DNA from: Nitrospirota bacterium
GTDB lineage: Bacteria > Nitrospirota > Nitrospiria > JACQBW01
Direction: 5' to 3'
Assembly: GCA_016194305.1 (NCBI GenBank)
Contig: JACQBW010000019.1
Location: 47,204 to 111,203, forward strand
DNA: 64,000 bases
Part shown: in pieces, positions 1 through 9,789 of the stretch
Layout of the letters: each line of letters starts with the position of its first letter
Position numbering within the stretch: the first letter of the stretch is position 1
Translations under genes and position numbers: made by a program
Notes under the pieces: model-generated
What the model was told of the DNA's origin: nothing
The model's input: only the letters and a program-made list of their open reading frames with translations
Databases searched by the model: none

Positions 1-150
1 GAGAACATAGCGAAAAGCAATTGACTCCGGACATCCGGCACAGAGGGAATGTTCTTCAATTAACTCCTTCGCGCTCCCGATATCTTTCCAGCCTCGACCT
101 TCTTTTCCATAGGTCGCATCGGCGACAAGCTCCCGATATTCAACCGGCAT
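1..150 (-). CDS. 2-oxoacid:ferredoxin oxidoreductase beta (TPP-binding) subunit, N-terminal fragment running off the window
   Basis: Not in ORF track because truncated. Minus-strand ATG at 150..148, 37 nt after the alpha-subunit stop, reads MPVEYRELVADATYGKEGRGWKDIGSAKELIEEHSLCAGCPESIAFRYVL. The alpha-then-beta order and the C-x-G-C segment are typical of OFOR beta subunits. Confidence 0.6.
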   Translation of the reverse strand, partial: MPVEYRELVADATYGKEGRGWKDIGSAKELIEEHSLCAGCPESIAFRYVL

Positions 151-187
151 GATATCTTCCAAAGAAGGACTGATCTTTATCTTATCT

Positions 188-1390
188 TTACCCATGGACG
201 AGCTCCTTTTTTCTAAGATGGATCTGCTTTTTAATTTCCTCGACGATGATTTCAGGTGGCAAGGTCATGCCGCCCGCAACATGCGGTCCCGCGATCACGC
301 GATCATTCCGATCGATCGATGCTTTGATTTCTCTCGCCATCCAACCGCTGACGTTAAACTCCGGCACAAATATCAACTTTGCATTTCGGGTAGCGCGGCG
401 AATCTCTTCAGTGGGAAATGGCCGAATGGTCTTAATTCTGACAATCCCGACTTTCAATCCTTCATCAGCCATCAGACGGATGGCTTCCCGTCCCTGGGCC
501 ACGGCAGTTCCAGACGAAACAATTAAAATATCTGCGTCGCTGTTTTCTTCTTCGATCAGACCTCCCAGATACTGGATCGAGTATTTTCGCGACCTTTCAA
601 TTGCGGCCCGGACTTCCTGCTGCCAGCTGGCATGGGTCGCATAACTAATATAATTACTTTTCATCACAAAAGGATCTCTCATCATCCGGACCGGAGGTGT
701 CTCCATATCCATGCAAGGGACGGGCGAGCGATATGGATCATAGGGGGGAATACAGATATCAGCCCCGGTCAACGAGACCATCTCCTTCGTATGACTGACA
801 AAGAACCCATCGATACAAACGGCAATCGGAAGATGAACATCGGGCTGTTCCGCTACGATAAAACCCTTTAACAGCATGTCAAAGAGCTCCTGGGCGGTTT
901 CCGCATGCCAGATAAGCATGCCGGTGTCCAGAAGAAAGGACATTTCGAGCGTATCCGGTTGAATATTCAATGGGGAATTAACTCCTCGAACCATCACATT
1001 GATCATGATCGGTAGCCTGGCACCTGACCACATCGGAAAATTTTCAAACGCGCGCAAAGTCCCCGGCCCGGAGGTCGTTGTAAAGACCCTGGCCCCCCCA
1101 AACGCCGCACCGGCGCATTCACTCATCACGCCGAATTCATTTTCACCTCTAAAATAATCTCCGACATAACCCTCTGTCCAAAGTTCACCGATCAGAGCAG
1201 AGGCTTCGCTTTGGGGAGTGATCGGGTAAGCGATGGAAATATCAACGCTCGCTCTCCGGATCGCCTCCTTCACGACTTCGCTCCCGGTCAAAAAATATTC
1301 TTGTCTGGGAGCCTCAAAAAACATATATTCCGGCTTCACAAACTTCTGCCCTTTTTTATTCAATGTTCCTATGATATTATTGCCAGCCAT
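188..1390 (-). CDS. 2-oxoacid (pyruvate/2-oxoglutarate):ferredoxin oxidoreductase alpha subunit
   Basis: 400 aa. YPITPQSE and TTTSGPGT motifs typical of PorA/KorA-type alpha subunits. A beta subunit follows directly. Confidence 0.85.
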   Translation of the reverse strand: MAGNNIIGTLNKKGQKFVKPEYMFFEAPRQEYFLTGSEVVKEAIRRASVDISIAYPITPQSEASALIGELWTEGYVGDYFRGENEFGVMSECAGAAFGGARVFTTTSGPGTLRAFENFPMWSGARLPIMINVMVRGVNSPLNIQPDTLEMSFLLDTGMLIWHAETAQELFDMLLKGFIVAEQPDVHLPIAVCIDGFFVSHTKEMVSLTGADICIPPYDPYRSPVPCMDMETPPVRMMRDPFVMKSNYISYATHASWQQEVRAAIERSRKYSIQYLGGLIEEENSDADILIVSSGTAVAQGREAIRLMADEGLKVGIVRIKTIRPFPTEEIRRATRNAKLIFVPEFNVSGWMAREIKASIDRNDRVIAGPHVAGGMTLPPEIIVEEIKKQIHLRKKELVHG

Positions 1391-1695
1391 GAGTCATTCC
1401 TCCCCTTGTCGAAGCAGTCGTTTATTTTTATCTACTCGAAATACTGTGCTAAAAAAGAGTTAAATCTTAGTCAGAGCCTTGATCAAAGTCAAGAAGAAAC
1501 TTGCCAGGAATCATACACTTAAATGACTGAAAATACATTAATACCAGTACAAAAATGGTTAATCTACTATCCCCAATTTTAGTGATAAAGTGGACTCGAG
1601 TCAACAAGAATCGGATTTTGACCCTATTTTTCTTTAGTATAGATCTGGATGAATATGATATAAAGGATAAATTATTGACTTAAGGAGGTTTTTCA

Positions 1696-3105
1696 ATGCT
1701 TTTAATGAAGTTCAAGAGGTCGTCAAAATGGACACATTTAATCACATTTTTACTGGTCTCATTCAGCATGATCATGATTATTCCGGCTTCGGCAAAAAGC
1801 GCGGGATTGGATGAAGCGGTCAAGACTCTCGAACAATTTCAAACGATTTTTATAGAAATCGCGGCTAAATCCAAACCTGCCGTCGTCAATATCTCCCCGG
1901 TCCAGACCTCTTCACATTCCGCAAAATCAGACGACTCGAGCCCCGAAAGGAAGCGCCCCGATGTTCCTCAAGGCTCTGGATCCGGCGTCATTATCGATAA
2001 AAAAGGAACGATTATCACCAATCAGCATGTGGTATCCGATGCAAAGGAAGTGGAAGTCCGGCTTTCAGATAAACGCAAATTTATCGGCAAAGTGATCGGA
2101 CGAGACAATGATACGGATGTGGCCGTGGTCAAAATAGAGGCGCCGGGAGACCTCCCCTCGCTGGCCATCGGAGATTCAACCAAGGTGAAAGTGGGTCAAT
2201 GGGCAATCGCCGTTGGAAATCCTTTCGGATTAGAAGGGACCGTGACGCTCGGCGTTATCAGCGCAACGGGTCGGGAAAGCGTCAATCTCTCCCGGTACGA
2301 AGATTTCATCCAAACGGATGCGTCCATCAATCCGGGCAATAGCGGGGGTCCGCTTCTCAATTTAAAAGGGGAAGTCATTGGCATCAATACGGCCATCATC
2401 AATTTTGCCCAGGGCATTGGATTCGCTATCCCCTCCAACATGGTCCAGGAGGTCATTACGCAATTAATAAAGACCGGAAAGGTAACGCGGGGATGGCTCG
2501 GAATAGGGATCCAGGAAGTCAGTTCTGATCTTGCCGACAAGTTTCACATCAAGGAGGGAGAGGGCATTCTGGTCAGCGAAGTCTTTGAAGGGGAACCTGC
2601 TTTTAAAGCCGGCGTTCAGCCAGGCGATATTATCACCCGGATAGATGGCCGGGAAATTACTTCAACCAGCACACTATCACGCATCGTTGCCAGCATCACT
2701 CCGGGAAAGAAAATTGAATTGGCTATACTCCGGGACGGGAAGGCGAAAAATCTACCCATTATTTTGGGAGAACGAAAGGAAGATCCGAAGCTCGCAAGCG
2801 TACAGAAACAGAATGAGACACTTCTCGGAATTACGGTGACCGAAATCACGCCTGAGTTAAAAGAGAAATACAAGCTTAAAGCAGATAAAGGTGTTCTGAT
2901 CACCCGGTTGGATCCCGACAGCCGCTTTGAGATTGAGGGTTTGAAGGAGGGAGACGTCATTAAGGAACTCAACAAACAGAAAATTGAAAGCGTCAGTGAA
3001 TTCAACGAAGCAGCAAAAAAAATAAAAGAGAGTGATTCTCCTCTCATTTACATCAACCGGGAATCGAGATCATTTTTTATCGTACTTAAAGCAAAAGAAA
3101 AATAG
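1696..3105 (+). CDS. htrA: periplasmic serine endoprotease, HtrA/DegP/DegQ family (protease domain plus two PDZ-like segments)
   Basis: 469 aa with a signal peptide. Trypsin-like triad context: TNQHVV, DTDVAVVKI, GNSGGPL. AAGGAGG RBS 7 nt upstream of the ATG. Confidence 0.9.
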   Translation: MLLMKFKRSSKWTHLITFLLVSFSMIMIIPASAKSAGLDEAVKTLEQFQTIFIEIAAKSKPAVVNISPVQTSSHSAKSDDSSPERKRPDVPQGSGSGVIIDKKGTIITNQHVVSDAKEVEVRLSDKRKFIGKVIGRDNDTDVAVVKIEAPGDLPSLAIGDSTKVKVGQWAIAVGNPFGLEGTVTLGVISATGRESVNLSRYEDFIQTDASINPGNSGGPLLNLKGEVIGINTAIINFAQGIGFAIPSNMVQEVITQLIKTGKVTRGWLGIGIQEVSSDLADKFHIKEGEGILVSEVFEGEPAFKAGVQPGDIITRIDGREITSTSTLSRIVASITPGKKIELAILRDGKAKNLPIILGERKEDPKLASVQKQNETLLGITVTEITPELKEKYKLKADKGVLITRLDPDSRFEIEGLKEGDVIKELNKQKIESVSEFNEAAKKIKESDSPLIYINRESRSFFIVLKAKEK

Positions 3106-3110
3106 CCAGC

Positions 3111-4307
3111 ATGAGTCAGACATCTCCTCAAATACTCATTTCGGTGTCAGGACCTGACAAACCTGGCATTACGGCCGGACTGGTCGGCCTCATATCCGAG
3201 ATGGGTGCGAATCTGCTTGATATTGAGCAGGTGGTTACCCGTTCTCTCCTGTCGCTTTCCATGATCGTGAGCCTCGATCCGGGCAAAAAGAGTCAAGATC
3301 TCATTAAAGAACTGTTGTTCAAGGCCCATGAACTTGGCATCCAGGTTCGATTCGATATCCTTGAGGAAAAGGCATTCGATAAACTGGCCCAAAGGCAATC
3401 CTATGTCATTACCTGCCTGGGTGATGAAGTCAACGCAAAAGTCATCGCAAAACTCAGTCTTCTCCTATTTGAAGAGGGAATCAATATAGAGAAAATCGGC
3501 AAATTGACTGAGGAAAAATTAAATTGTATCGAAATGATCATCAATGCTGAAAAAACGATTCATCCGCGCGACATGACCAAAAAATTACTCCATTTAAATG
3601 CAGAGTTTGGCGTTGACATCTCTGTCCAGAAAGAAACCCTCTTCCGGAGAGCAAAGCGGCTGATTGTGATGGATATGGATTCCACACTGGTCCAGATGGA
3701 AGGAATAGATGAACTGGCAAAGGAGGCGGGCGTCGGCCTTAAAGTGGCCGAGATCACCGAACGGGCCATGAACGGAGAACTCAATTTTAAAGAAGCGTTG
3801 AGAGAACGTGTCCGGCTGCTAAAGGGTCTTCCCGAGGAGACCCTGCAAAAGGTATATTCCCGGATTCCCTTTACGCCGGGTGCAAGAGAACTGATCCGCA
3901 TTCTTCAAAAAATGGGGTATAAGACGGCTGTCCTGAGCGGAGGATTCAGTTATTTTACCGATCGTCTGAAGAAGGAACTCAATCTCGATTATGCTTATTC
4001 CAATCAATTGGAAATCATCAACGGAAAGTTGACCGGCGAGGTCGTCGGGGAAATTGTCGATGGCTTGAAAAAATCTGACCTTTTGGAAGAGATTGCAGCC
4101 AAGGAAGGAATTTCACTCGATCAGGCCATTGCAATCGGCGACGGGGCCAATGACCTGATGATGATCGGTAAGGCCGGGTTGGGTATCGCATTCAACGCCA
4201 AGCCGAAAGTTCGTGCGGCCGCCCAGCATAGCATTACCCGAAAAAACCTTGATTCAATTCTTTATCTCCTTGGAATCAGCGACAAGGATATCGCTCAGCT
4301 CAACTGA
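3111..4307 (+). CDS. serB: phosphoserine phosphatase with N-terminal ACT-like regulatory repeats
   Basis: 398 aa. HAD motif I DMDSTLV and GDGANDL motif. The roughly 180-aa N-terminal region resembles ACT repeats (ISVSGPDKPGITA). Confidence 0.85.
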   Translation: MSQTSPQILISVSGPDKPGITAGLVGLISEMGANLLDIEQVVTRSLLSLSMIVSLDPGKKSQDLIKELLFKAHELGIQVRFDILEEKAFDKLAQRQSYVITCLGDEVNAKVIAKLSLLLFEEGINIEKIGKLTEEKLNCIEMIINAEKTIHPRDMTKKLLHLNAEFGVDISVQKETLFRRAKRLIVMDMDSTLVQMEGIDELAKEAGVGLKVAEITERAMNGELNFKEALRERVRLLKGLPEETLQKVYSRIPFTPGARELIRILQKMGYKTAVLSGGFSYFTDRLKKELNLDYAYSNQLEIINGKLTGEVVGEIVDGLKKSDLLEEIAAKEGISLDQAIAIGDGANDLMMIGKAGLGIAFNAKPKVRAAAQHSITRKNLDSILYLLGISDKDIAQLN

Positions 4308-4348
4308 TTTCTATTTTCGCGCAGGCCTTGTCGTGTGCTTAATCGCTT

Positions 4349-4846
4349 TTATTTGATCGGCATACGACAGTGCCGGGGAAGCCTTCGAGAGAGCTCTTCC
4401 CCAACCTGGTTAAAGATCTCCTGCTTAAGCCCTTCCTGAACCTTAGGGAAAAGCTCTCTTTCCTCAAAGCGGACATGGTGAACAATCAACTCGGAAAATC
4501 GAATCAGTTTATCGACCTGCCGGCGATCTGCATCGGGAAAATCCCCATGAGGGCCCGAAATTTCGAAGTAAAGTCGAGTTATTTCCTCAAACTCACGGTT
4601 CAGAATTTCTAATTCACTTTTAAACTGAATCTCTTGATACAAAGATAGAAATAGAACTTCCTTTTCCACCTCAATATGGAGCCGCAACACGCCGTCCCAA
4701 ATCCGTTTACTCTTTTCTATAAGTTCCTTCACCGAATGACGATAAGCGGGATGGTCTGTTGTCAAAGCCATCTTGACCCGGTCGGCATAGACCAGGAGTT
4801 CGTGATGTCCCCAGGAAAGAGGAACCAGTCTTTTATCGCGTTTCAT
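4349..4846 (-). CDS. hemerythrin-like (HHE cation-binding) domain protein
   Basis: 165 aa. WGHHELL near the N-terminus and HHVRFEERELFP near the C-terminus match the H/HxxxE pattern of hemerythrin domains. 4-nt overlap with the upstream gene. Confidence 0.55.
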   Translation of the reverse strand: MKRDKRLVPLSWGHHELLVYADRVKMALTTDHPAYRHSVKELIEKSKRIWDGVLRLHIEVEKEVLFLSLYQEIQFKSELEILNREFEEITRLYFEISGPHGDFPDADRRQVDKLIRFSELIVHHVRFEERELFPKVQEGLKQEIFNQVGEELSRRLPRHCRMPIK

Positions 4847-5373
4847 TGAATTCTTTCAGACTTTCCTTCGCGATGGTTCCAAACCTCCTGAATGAGGCCC
4901 TTTGCATCATAGACCCTTGTTTCGCCAATCTGTTTTCCTTCCTGAAACTCCCCTTCGACTCTCACGACGCCGCTGACATAATATTCTGTGGCCCTGCCGT
5001 GCGGTTTACCCTTTTGATAGTTCCATTCTCCTTTAATTTCTCCCCCCTCATAGTATTCACGGATAACCCCCTCGCGTTTACCATTGCGATAGTTCCATTC
5101 CGACTTCAGGAAACCACTTTCGTAAAATTCCCGGCCTTTGCCTACCGGTTTTCCTCGATGATATTCGCGCTCATTTCGAAGCCGTCCTCCTGAGTAATAC
5201 CCTTTGGCCATCCCTTCCAAAATGCCGTTTTTAAACCTCAATTCACTTTTCAATTCACCTGTTTCAAAGTAGGTGCGCAATAATCCGTCCTTGCGGTCTT
5301 TCTTCCACTCCGTTTCCGATTTAATTGAACCATCCGCATAAGTTTCTCTCTTGATCGATCTATCTCGATTCAT
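4843..5373 (-). CDS. MORN-repeat (YwqK-like) protein
   Basis: 176 aa built of tandem ~23-aa repeats of the form G-x-x-x-E-W/Y-x-Y-x-N/K-G-K-x-x-G. Confidence 0.7.
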   Translation of the reverse strand: MNRDRSIKRETYADGSIKSETEWKKDRKDGLLRTYFETGELKSELRFKNGILEGMAKGYYSGGRLRNEREYHRGKPVGKGREFYESGFLKSEWNYRNGKREGVIREYYEGGEIKGEWNYQKGKPHGRATEYYVSGVVRVEGEFQEGKQIGETRVYDAKGLIQEVWNHREGKSERIQ

Positions 5374-5412
5374 TTTTCTGGTTTCGCCCGAATTTAAAAA
5401 AAAACGATGTGA

Positions 5413-6048
5413 TTAATCGGGCCGCCTCATTTCGAGCGCGAGATATTCAAACAGGAATTCGAAAGCTTCCACATTTCGCTTCGCTTCATGGAGCGTCGCG
5501 CCCCAGGCATATAGGCCATGACCCCTGATCAAAATGCCGGGCGTCGACGACTGGATCACTTTTCCAGCCGACCGGGCCAGTTCCTCCAGGTTGCTCGCAT
5601 TGGGAACGATGGGAATTCGCACAACGGGATTGTCGCCTCCGATACCCAGTCCTTTTATCATCTCCAAATCCTGTATTAAAAACAGATCCGGATCCGGTGA
5701 GTGAAGTGAGATGTAAGTATTATAAAGTGAATGGACATGCAAGACCACACCGGGAGAACACTTCCTGTAAATCTCGGCATGAACCCCGACTTCAGCCGAA
5801 GGGCTGAGATTCTTCAGCCCTTTTCTCCCCTTCTCCCTCTTCACCTCTCCTCTCTCATTGACCCGAATAAAATCGTCTGCTCGATTGATCGATTTATCCC
5901 TCCCGCTAACCGAAATGAAAAATTCAAGAGGGTCATCCTGAACTCGGAGAGAAAAGTTTCCGCTCGTAGCTCTCATCCAGCCCCGGGACGCAAAAAGACT
6001 CTTGACACCGCCTAGGTCTTGAAGTGTTTTAGAATAACGAGGGGTCAT
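5413..6048 (-). CDS. mtnB: methylthioribulose-1-phosphate dehydratase (class II aldolase/adducin fold)
   Basis: 211 aa. HVHS and RGHGLYAWG motifs. Third gene of an overlapping mtnW-mtnX-mtnB string, the same order as in Bacillus. Confidence 0.8.
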   Translation of the reverse strand: MTPRYSKTLQDLGGVKSLFASRGWMRATSGNFSLRVQDDPLEFFISVSGRDKSINRADDFIRVNERGEVKREKGRKGLKNLSPSAEVGVHAEIYRKCSPGVVLHVHSLYNTYISLHSPDPDLFLIQDLEMIKGLGIGGDNPVVRIPIVPNASNLEELARSAGKVIQSSTPGILIRGHGLYAWGATLHEAKRNVEAFEFLFEYLALEMRRPD

Positions 6049-6703
6049 CTCTCAGGGTCTGAATCACATCATAAAATTCATTGAATGGAACGGCCGGAAT
6101 GCCGATCTTCTGGCATTCGGCCATCAGGGCATCACGGGCGAAAACCCGGTCAGCCACCGTGGCCGCTCCAAAGTCTGTCACGCTGTCCCCTAAGAGAATG
6201 CGAAAGAACCGGGAAGGATCATAGCGCCGGATAAAACTTGTTTTGCAGATTCCGCAATCGAGATGACAATAGGAATCGCATGGACTGTTCCAGTTAATCC
6301 GGATATTCGCCCCAGAAAAGTCACCCTGATTGCAAAGGATGTTTTCCCGAGGAATGACTTTTTCCAACAAGGGATAGATATAGAAGTCGATCCCTCCGCT
6401 CAGGACCTTGTATTCGATTTGCATTTCCGAACACCAGTGCAGAAATTCCAGAAATCCCGCTCTAAAAATGGTCTGTTTTTTTACAAAGGCGATGATTTCC
6501 TCCTTTTGACTTGAACCTAAAAGTGAAAACATCTCTCCAACACCCTTCCGGACACTGATCTGGCGTGAAAGAGTCAGATCCTTTAACTCGATCCAGCTTT
6601 CAGGAGCAAATCTTTCCATAATGGCGATCAAGCTGTCTTTTTCTGTAATCGTCCCGTCAAAATCCATAAAAACAAAAGGGCGTCTGCTTAACATGACTTC
6701 CAA
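6029..6703 (-). CDS. mtnX: 2-hydroxy-3-keto-5-methylthiopentenyl-1-phosphate phosphatase (HAD)
   Basis: 224 aa. HAD motif I FMDFDGTIT, SGGIDFYIYPLLE, Cys-rich CDSYCHLDCGICK block and GDSVTD, parallel to B. subtilis MtnX as I recall it. Confidence 0.8.
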   Translation of the reverse strand: MEVMLSRRPFVFMDFDGTITEKDSLIAIMERFAPESWIELKDLTLSRQISVRKGVGEMFSLLGSSQKEEIIAFVKKQTIFRAGFLEFLHWCSEMQIEYKVLSGGIDFYIYPLLEKVIPRENILCNQGDFSGANIRINWNSPCDSYCHLDCGICKTSFIRRYDPSRFFRILLGDSVTDFGAATVADRVFARDALMAECQKIGIPAVPFNEFYDVIQTLRDDPSLF

Positions 6704-7884
6704 ATGGAGAGAGCCTCTTTTAGAGCAGGTGACTTTTCTGCGATGCGGTTAATCTCAATCCCTTCGCTGAGTCCATTGATGGCATCGAGAAAAGCCTTCG
6801 CCCCGTTGCGGGTACCGGAAGGGTGATGATGTATGCCTCCTCCCGCATTGACCACAACGTCTTTGCCAAAATCGATCATCATTTGCGGAATCATACCGGG
6901 ATGAATCCCCGCTGAAGGGACCGGAAAGGAACTTTTAAACATCGATTTTTCCGAGAGCCGTCCGGCGATTTCAAGCGCATCGTCTTTAGGCAACGAAACG
7001 TTTCCATAGGGCGATGGAAACAAGGCCAGGTCCGCACCCGACATTCTCATCAAACTCCCCAGCAGCAGCGGAGCGGAAATGCCATGCCGCGAAGAAGGGT
7101 AAAAGCATCCTGCCAGTGCGGGATGCGCTAACAAAATGACATTTATTTTTGAATGCTCTGCCAACTCCTGCATGACATTCCAGCCGTAGGCCAGCACGTT
7201 CACCAGCAGGGCGTTCGCTCCTTCGTCCACCAGGTGGCACGCTGTTTCTATTAATTTACTGGGCGGGGCTGACAAATTCACGGCGTAAAGGACCTGACGA
7301 TTTTCGTTCCGTGAGATATCATCGATGACCTTCCGGCAATGTTTCACTCTTTCAAGCCGGTCTTTCTCGTCAAAATTGATTTCGTCGTCTTTCACGATAT
7401 CGACACCACCGCTCACCTGCTCTCCAAAAGCCTCGGCATATTCTTCCGGAGAAAGATCAAATCCGCTTTTAAATATGCTCATCAGGAGGGGCCGGTGGAA
7501 CTGTCTTAAGTGTTTCCGGACTCCCTCGATTCCAAATTTCGGACCTGGAAATTCTTTGGCCATTTCACTGGGAAAAAAGAGATCGACCAGTTTGATCTCT
7601 CCGTCCATGGAAAGCTTTCCGAAAACGGCAACTAGAATCTCACTGAGTCGAACAGGGAAATTCGATATCGGAAATCCGATTCTTAATTGAACTTTTTCTT
7701 CCGAATTCAAAAATACATTTTCAGAACCGAGATAAACGCCGGCATATCGGGATTGCCGATCTTGCTGGGCGGACGAAATGCCGCTCCAGGAGCCAATGGT
7801 CATTCCCAGGGCTATTCCCCGTCCTCGTTTATCCGGATCCGGACACCGGGAAGCCGGAATCTGGTAAGTCGCGATGACTTTCAT
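6688..7884 (-). CDS. mtnW: RuBisCO-like protein (form IV), 2,3-diketo-5-methylthiopentyl-1-phosphate enolase type
   Basis: 398 aa. GGVDIVKDDE carbamyl-lysine motif of the RuBisCO large-subunit family. Short length and linkage to mtnX/mtnB indicate an RLP rather than a carboxylase. Confidence 0.85.
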   Translation of the reverse strand: MKVIATYQIPASRCPDPDKRGRGIALGMTIGSWSGISSAQQDRQSRYAGVYLGSENVFLNSEEKVQLRIGFPISNFPVRLSEILVAVFGKLSMDGEIKLVDLFFPSEMAKEFPGPKFGIEGVRKHLRQFHRPLLMSIFKSGFDLSPEEYAEAFGEQVSGGVDIVKDDEINFDEKDRLERVKHCRKVIDDISRNENRQVLYAVNLSAPPSKLIETACHLVDEGANALLVNVLAYGWNVMQELAEHSKINVILLAHPALAGCFYPSSRHGISAPLLLGSLMRMSGADLALFPSPYGNVSLPKDDALEIAGRLSEKSMFKSSFPVPSAGIHPGMIPQMMIDFGKDVVVNAGGGIHHHPSGTRNGAKAFLDAINGLSEGIEINRIAEKSPALKEALSIWKSC

Positions 7885-7929
7885 TTTCGATCTTTCTCTG
7901 AGTTACTCAAGAATGGTGATGTCTGCCGG

Positions 7930-7958
7930 ATATTATCTAAACCATTACGTCAAGTCAA
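7930..7958 (-). promoter_or_regulatory. candidate sigma70 promoter for mtnW-mtnX-mtnB
   Basis: On the minus strand: TTGACT (7958..7953), 17-nt spacer, TAATAT (7935..7930), about 45 nt upstream of the mtnW ATG. Confidence 0.4.
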
Positions 7959-7990
7959 TGGGAGGCAATTTGAAACGGAGAACGCAGGCT

Positions 7991-9340
7991 TCAGGCGAGA
8001 TTTTTGGGGAGAGTAAAGAATACAGTTGCGCCTTTTCCTTTTTCAGATTCAATCCATATTTCACCTCCCGCCATATCGATGATTTTTTTTACTATTGAAA
8101 GTCCTATACCGGTTCCCTCGACGGCGACATCTTCAAGTCGCTGGAACACACCGAACACCTTTTTATGGTAGGCGGGATCAATACCAATTCCGTTGTCTCT
8201 GACATAATACTCAATTCTGTCTCTGTCCTGCCATCCCCCGATACTCACTTTCGGAAATGCCTGGTTCCCGACAAACTTCACTGCATTGGAAATCAGATTT
8301 TGGAAGATCTGTTGAAGCTGAGTTCGTTCAAAGACAAGGTCAGGGAGGTCACTTTCCACTGTCACTTCCACGTTTCTGGATTTAAATGATTCCTGGTTAA
8401 TCAGGAGGAGATCCTGGAGGACTTTCGAGACTGAAGCCATCTCCATTTTTTCAGATTTTCTGCCGGCTCGCGACAGGAGAAGCAACCCCTGAATCAAGTC
8501 TTCCATAAACCCTGCATTCGCGATGATCCTGTCGATATAATATTTTCCCTTTTCGTCGATCTGTCCCCCGTAGTCCTTTTTGAACAACGAAGCCATCCCC
8601 TGCATTGAAACTACAGGTGATTTCAAGTCATGTGACACGGTATAGACAAATGCCTCCAGCTCTTTAACCTTTTTCTCCAGCTTTTCGTTGGATACCGTTA
8701 AGCTTTTATTGAGAAAGAGTATATACCATAAGAATCCGCCGATAATAATGAGTCCCAGGACAACCGTCCCGATTTCGATCCGAAGCGTCAGCAGAGAGTT
8801 CTCTCTTGAACGGACCAGTTTCTTTCTAAACTCGTCCTCTCCCAATTTACTGAGCGTCTCGTACATATCATTGATTTCCTTTGCCTTTTTGCTCAGTTCC
8901 GTGAGCACCGGCCTGGAGCTTTCAAATTTCATCGTTTTCTGAATTAAATCCTGCCCGACCCGGTTCGATAGCTGAATATAATTCAAGGTCTGTTTTTCAA
9001 TCTGAGTGTAAAATTCTTTTTCCTCAATATAGGGCTGAGTCTCCTTGAGAAGGTCCATCAGCTCCGAACTCGCCATCTCGACCCTTAGAAATGCGTCCCA
9101 GTCTTCTTGCGTAATCGCGTAGTAGAACTGAGACTGAATTGATTTGATCTGAATTTTTAAAAGGGTGCTATTTTGAAGAAGTGGATAGGTATTTTTCTGT
9201 ATTTCCAGGAGGCTTGCCGAATTATTATTCGAGACCATGACCGTAAAGAGAAGGCCGCTCACAAAAATAAGGCCTACCAGGAGGGGAATATATTTTTTTG
9301 GATCGATCCAGAGATGAATCCATTTCTTGAGCTTTTCCAT
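7991..9340 (-). CDS. membrane sensor histidine kinase
   Basis: 449 aa. Two TM segments flank a ~170-aa extracytoplasmic region. H-box VSHDLKSPV, N-box NLISNAVKF, G-boxes DNGIGI and GTGIGL. Confidence 0.85.
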   Translation of the reverse strand: MEKLKKWIHLWIDPKKYIPLLVGLIFVSGLLFTVMVSNNNSASLLEIQKNTYPLLQNSTLLKIQIKSIQSQFYYAITQEDWDAFLRVEMASSELMDLLKETQPYIEEKEFYTQIEKQTLNYIQLSNRVGQDLIQKTMKFESSRPVLTELSKKAKEINDMYETLSKLGEDEFRKKLVRSRENSLLTLRIEIGTVVLGLIIIGGFLWYILFLNKSLTVSNEKLEKKVKELEAFVYTVSHDLKSPVVSMQGMASLFKKDYGGQIDEKGKYYIDRIIANAGFMEDLIQGLLLLSRAGRKSEKMEMASVSKVLQDLLLINQESFKSRNVEVTVESDLPDLVFERTQLQQIFQNLISNAVKFVGNQAFPKVSIGGWQDRDRIEYYVRDNGIGIDPAYHKKVFGVFQRLEDVAVEGTGIGLSIVKKIIDMAGGEIWIESEKGKGATVFFTLPKNLA

Positions 9341-9347
9341 TAGAACC

Positions 9348-9788
9348 CTATCGGTCTCCGGTTATCTGGACCTTCCTGATAGTGGCATCGAGATTTCTGG
9401 CGTGAATATAGGCGATTGAACCGGGATGGGAAGCGACATATTCCTTGACGAGCTGTTCGTTTTTCAATTCTAAAGGGGGGACGCCGCGTCCGGTAAAAAT
9501 CTGTTGAACCCAATAATATTTTAAACTCGAAAGAGATTTGTTCAAATAAGTGATATCGAATTTTTCACGTAACGGATCCGCTTCATCGAGATCCACCGGA
9601 ATAATTCCCTTGCCGTCTTCCCATTCCTTTTTTTCACCGAGATAAATGGATTTGAGTTCCGCATCGAGAATCTTGTTTCGCCGATTTTCAGGCGAAACGA
9701 TGATGACGATCTCTTCGTCCCCCGTCGGCAATGCCGGACCAGGAAACATGGCTAACATAAACAGGAGATAAAGAACGGTTTTTTTCAT
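9348..9788 (-). CDS. small periplasmic substrate-binding-like (PstS/PBP-like, half-size) protein
   Basis: 146 aa with a signal peptide. The pattern ELKSIYLGEKKEW..G..I.PV...YW..QIFTGRG..P...HPGSIAY resembles PBP-like domains. Family assignment is tentative. Confidence 0.45.
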   Translation of the reverse strand: MKKTVLYLLFMLAMFPGPALPTGDEEIVIIVSPENRRNKILDAELKSIYLGEKKEWEDGKGIIPVDLDEADPLREKFDITYLNKSLSSLKYYWVQQIFTGRGVPPLELKNEQLVKEYVASHPGSIAYIHARNLDATIRKVQITGDR

Positions 9789-9789
9789 A

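Noticed and set aside
1594-1603. GACTCGAGTC palindrome in the OFOR/htrA divergent spacer
   Set aside because: It is only 10 nt and contains an XhoI-type hexamer. It is too short to distinguish from chance in a 305-nt AT-rich spacer.
7885-7990. Looked for a SAM riboswitch or T-box leader upstream of the mtnW operon
   Set aside because: The spacer is only 106 nt, and only about 45 nt lie between the candidate -10 and the ATG. That is too short for either element, and none of the conserved SAM-I helices are visible.
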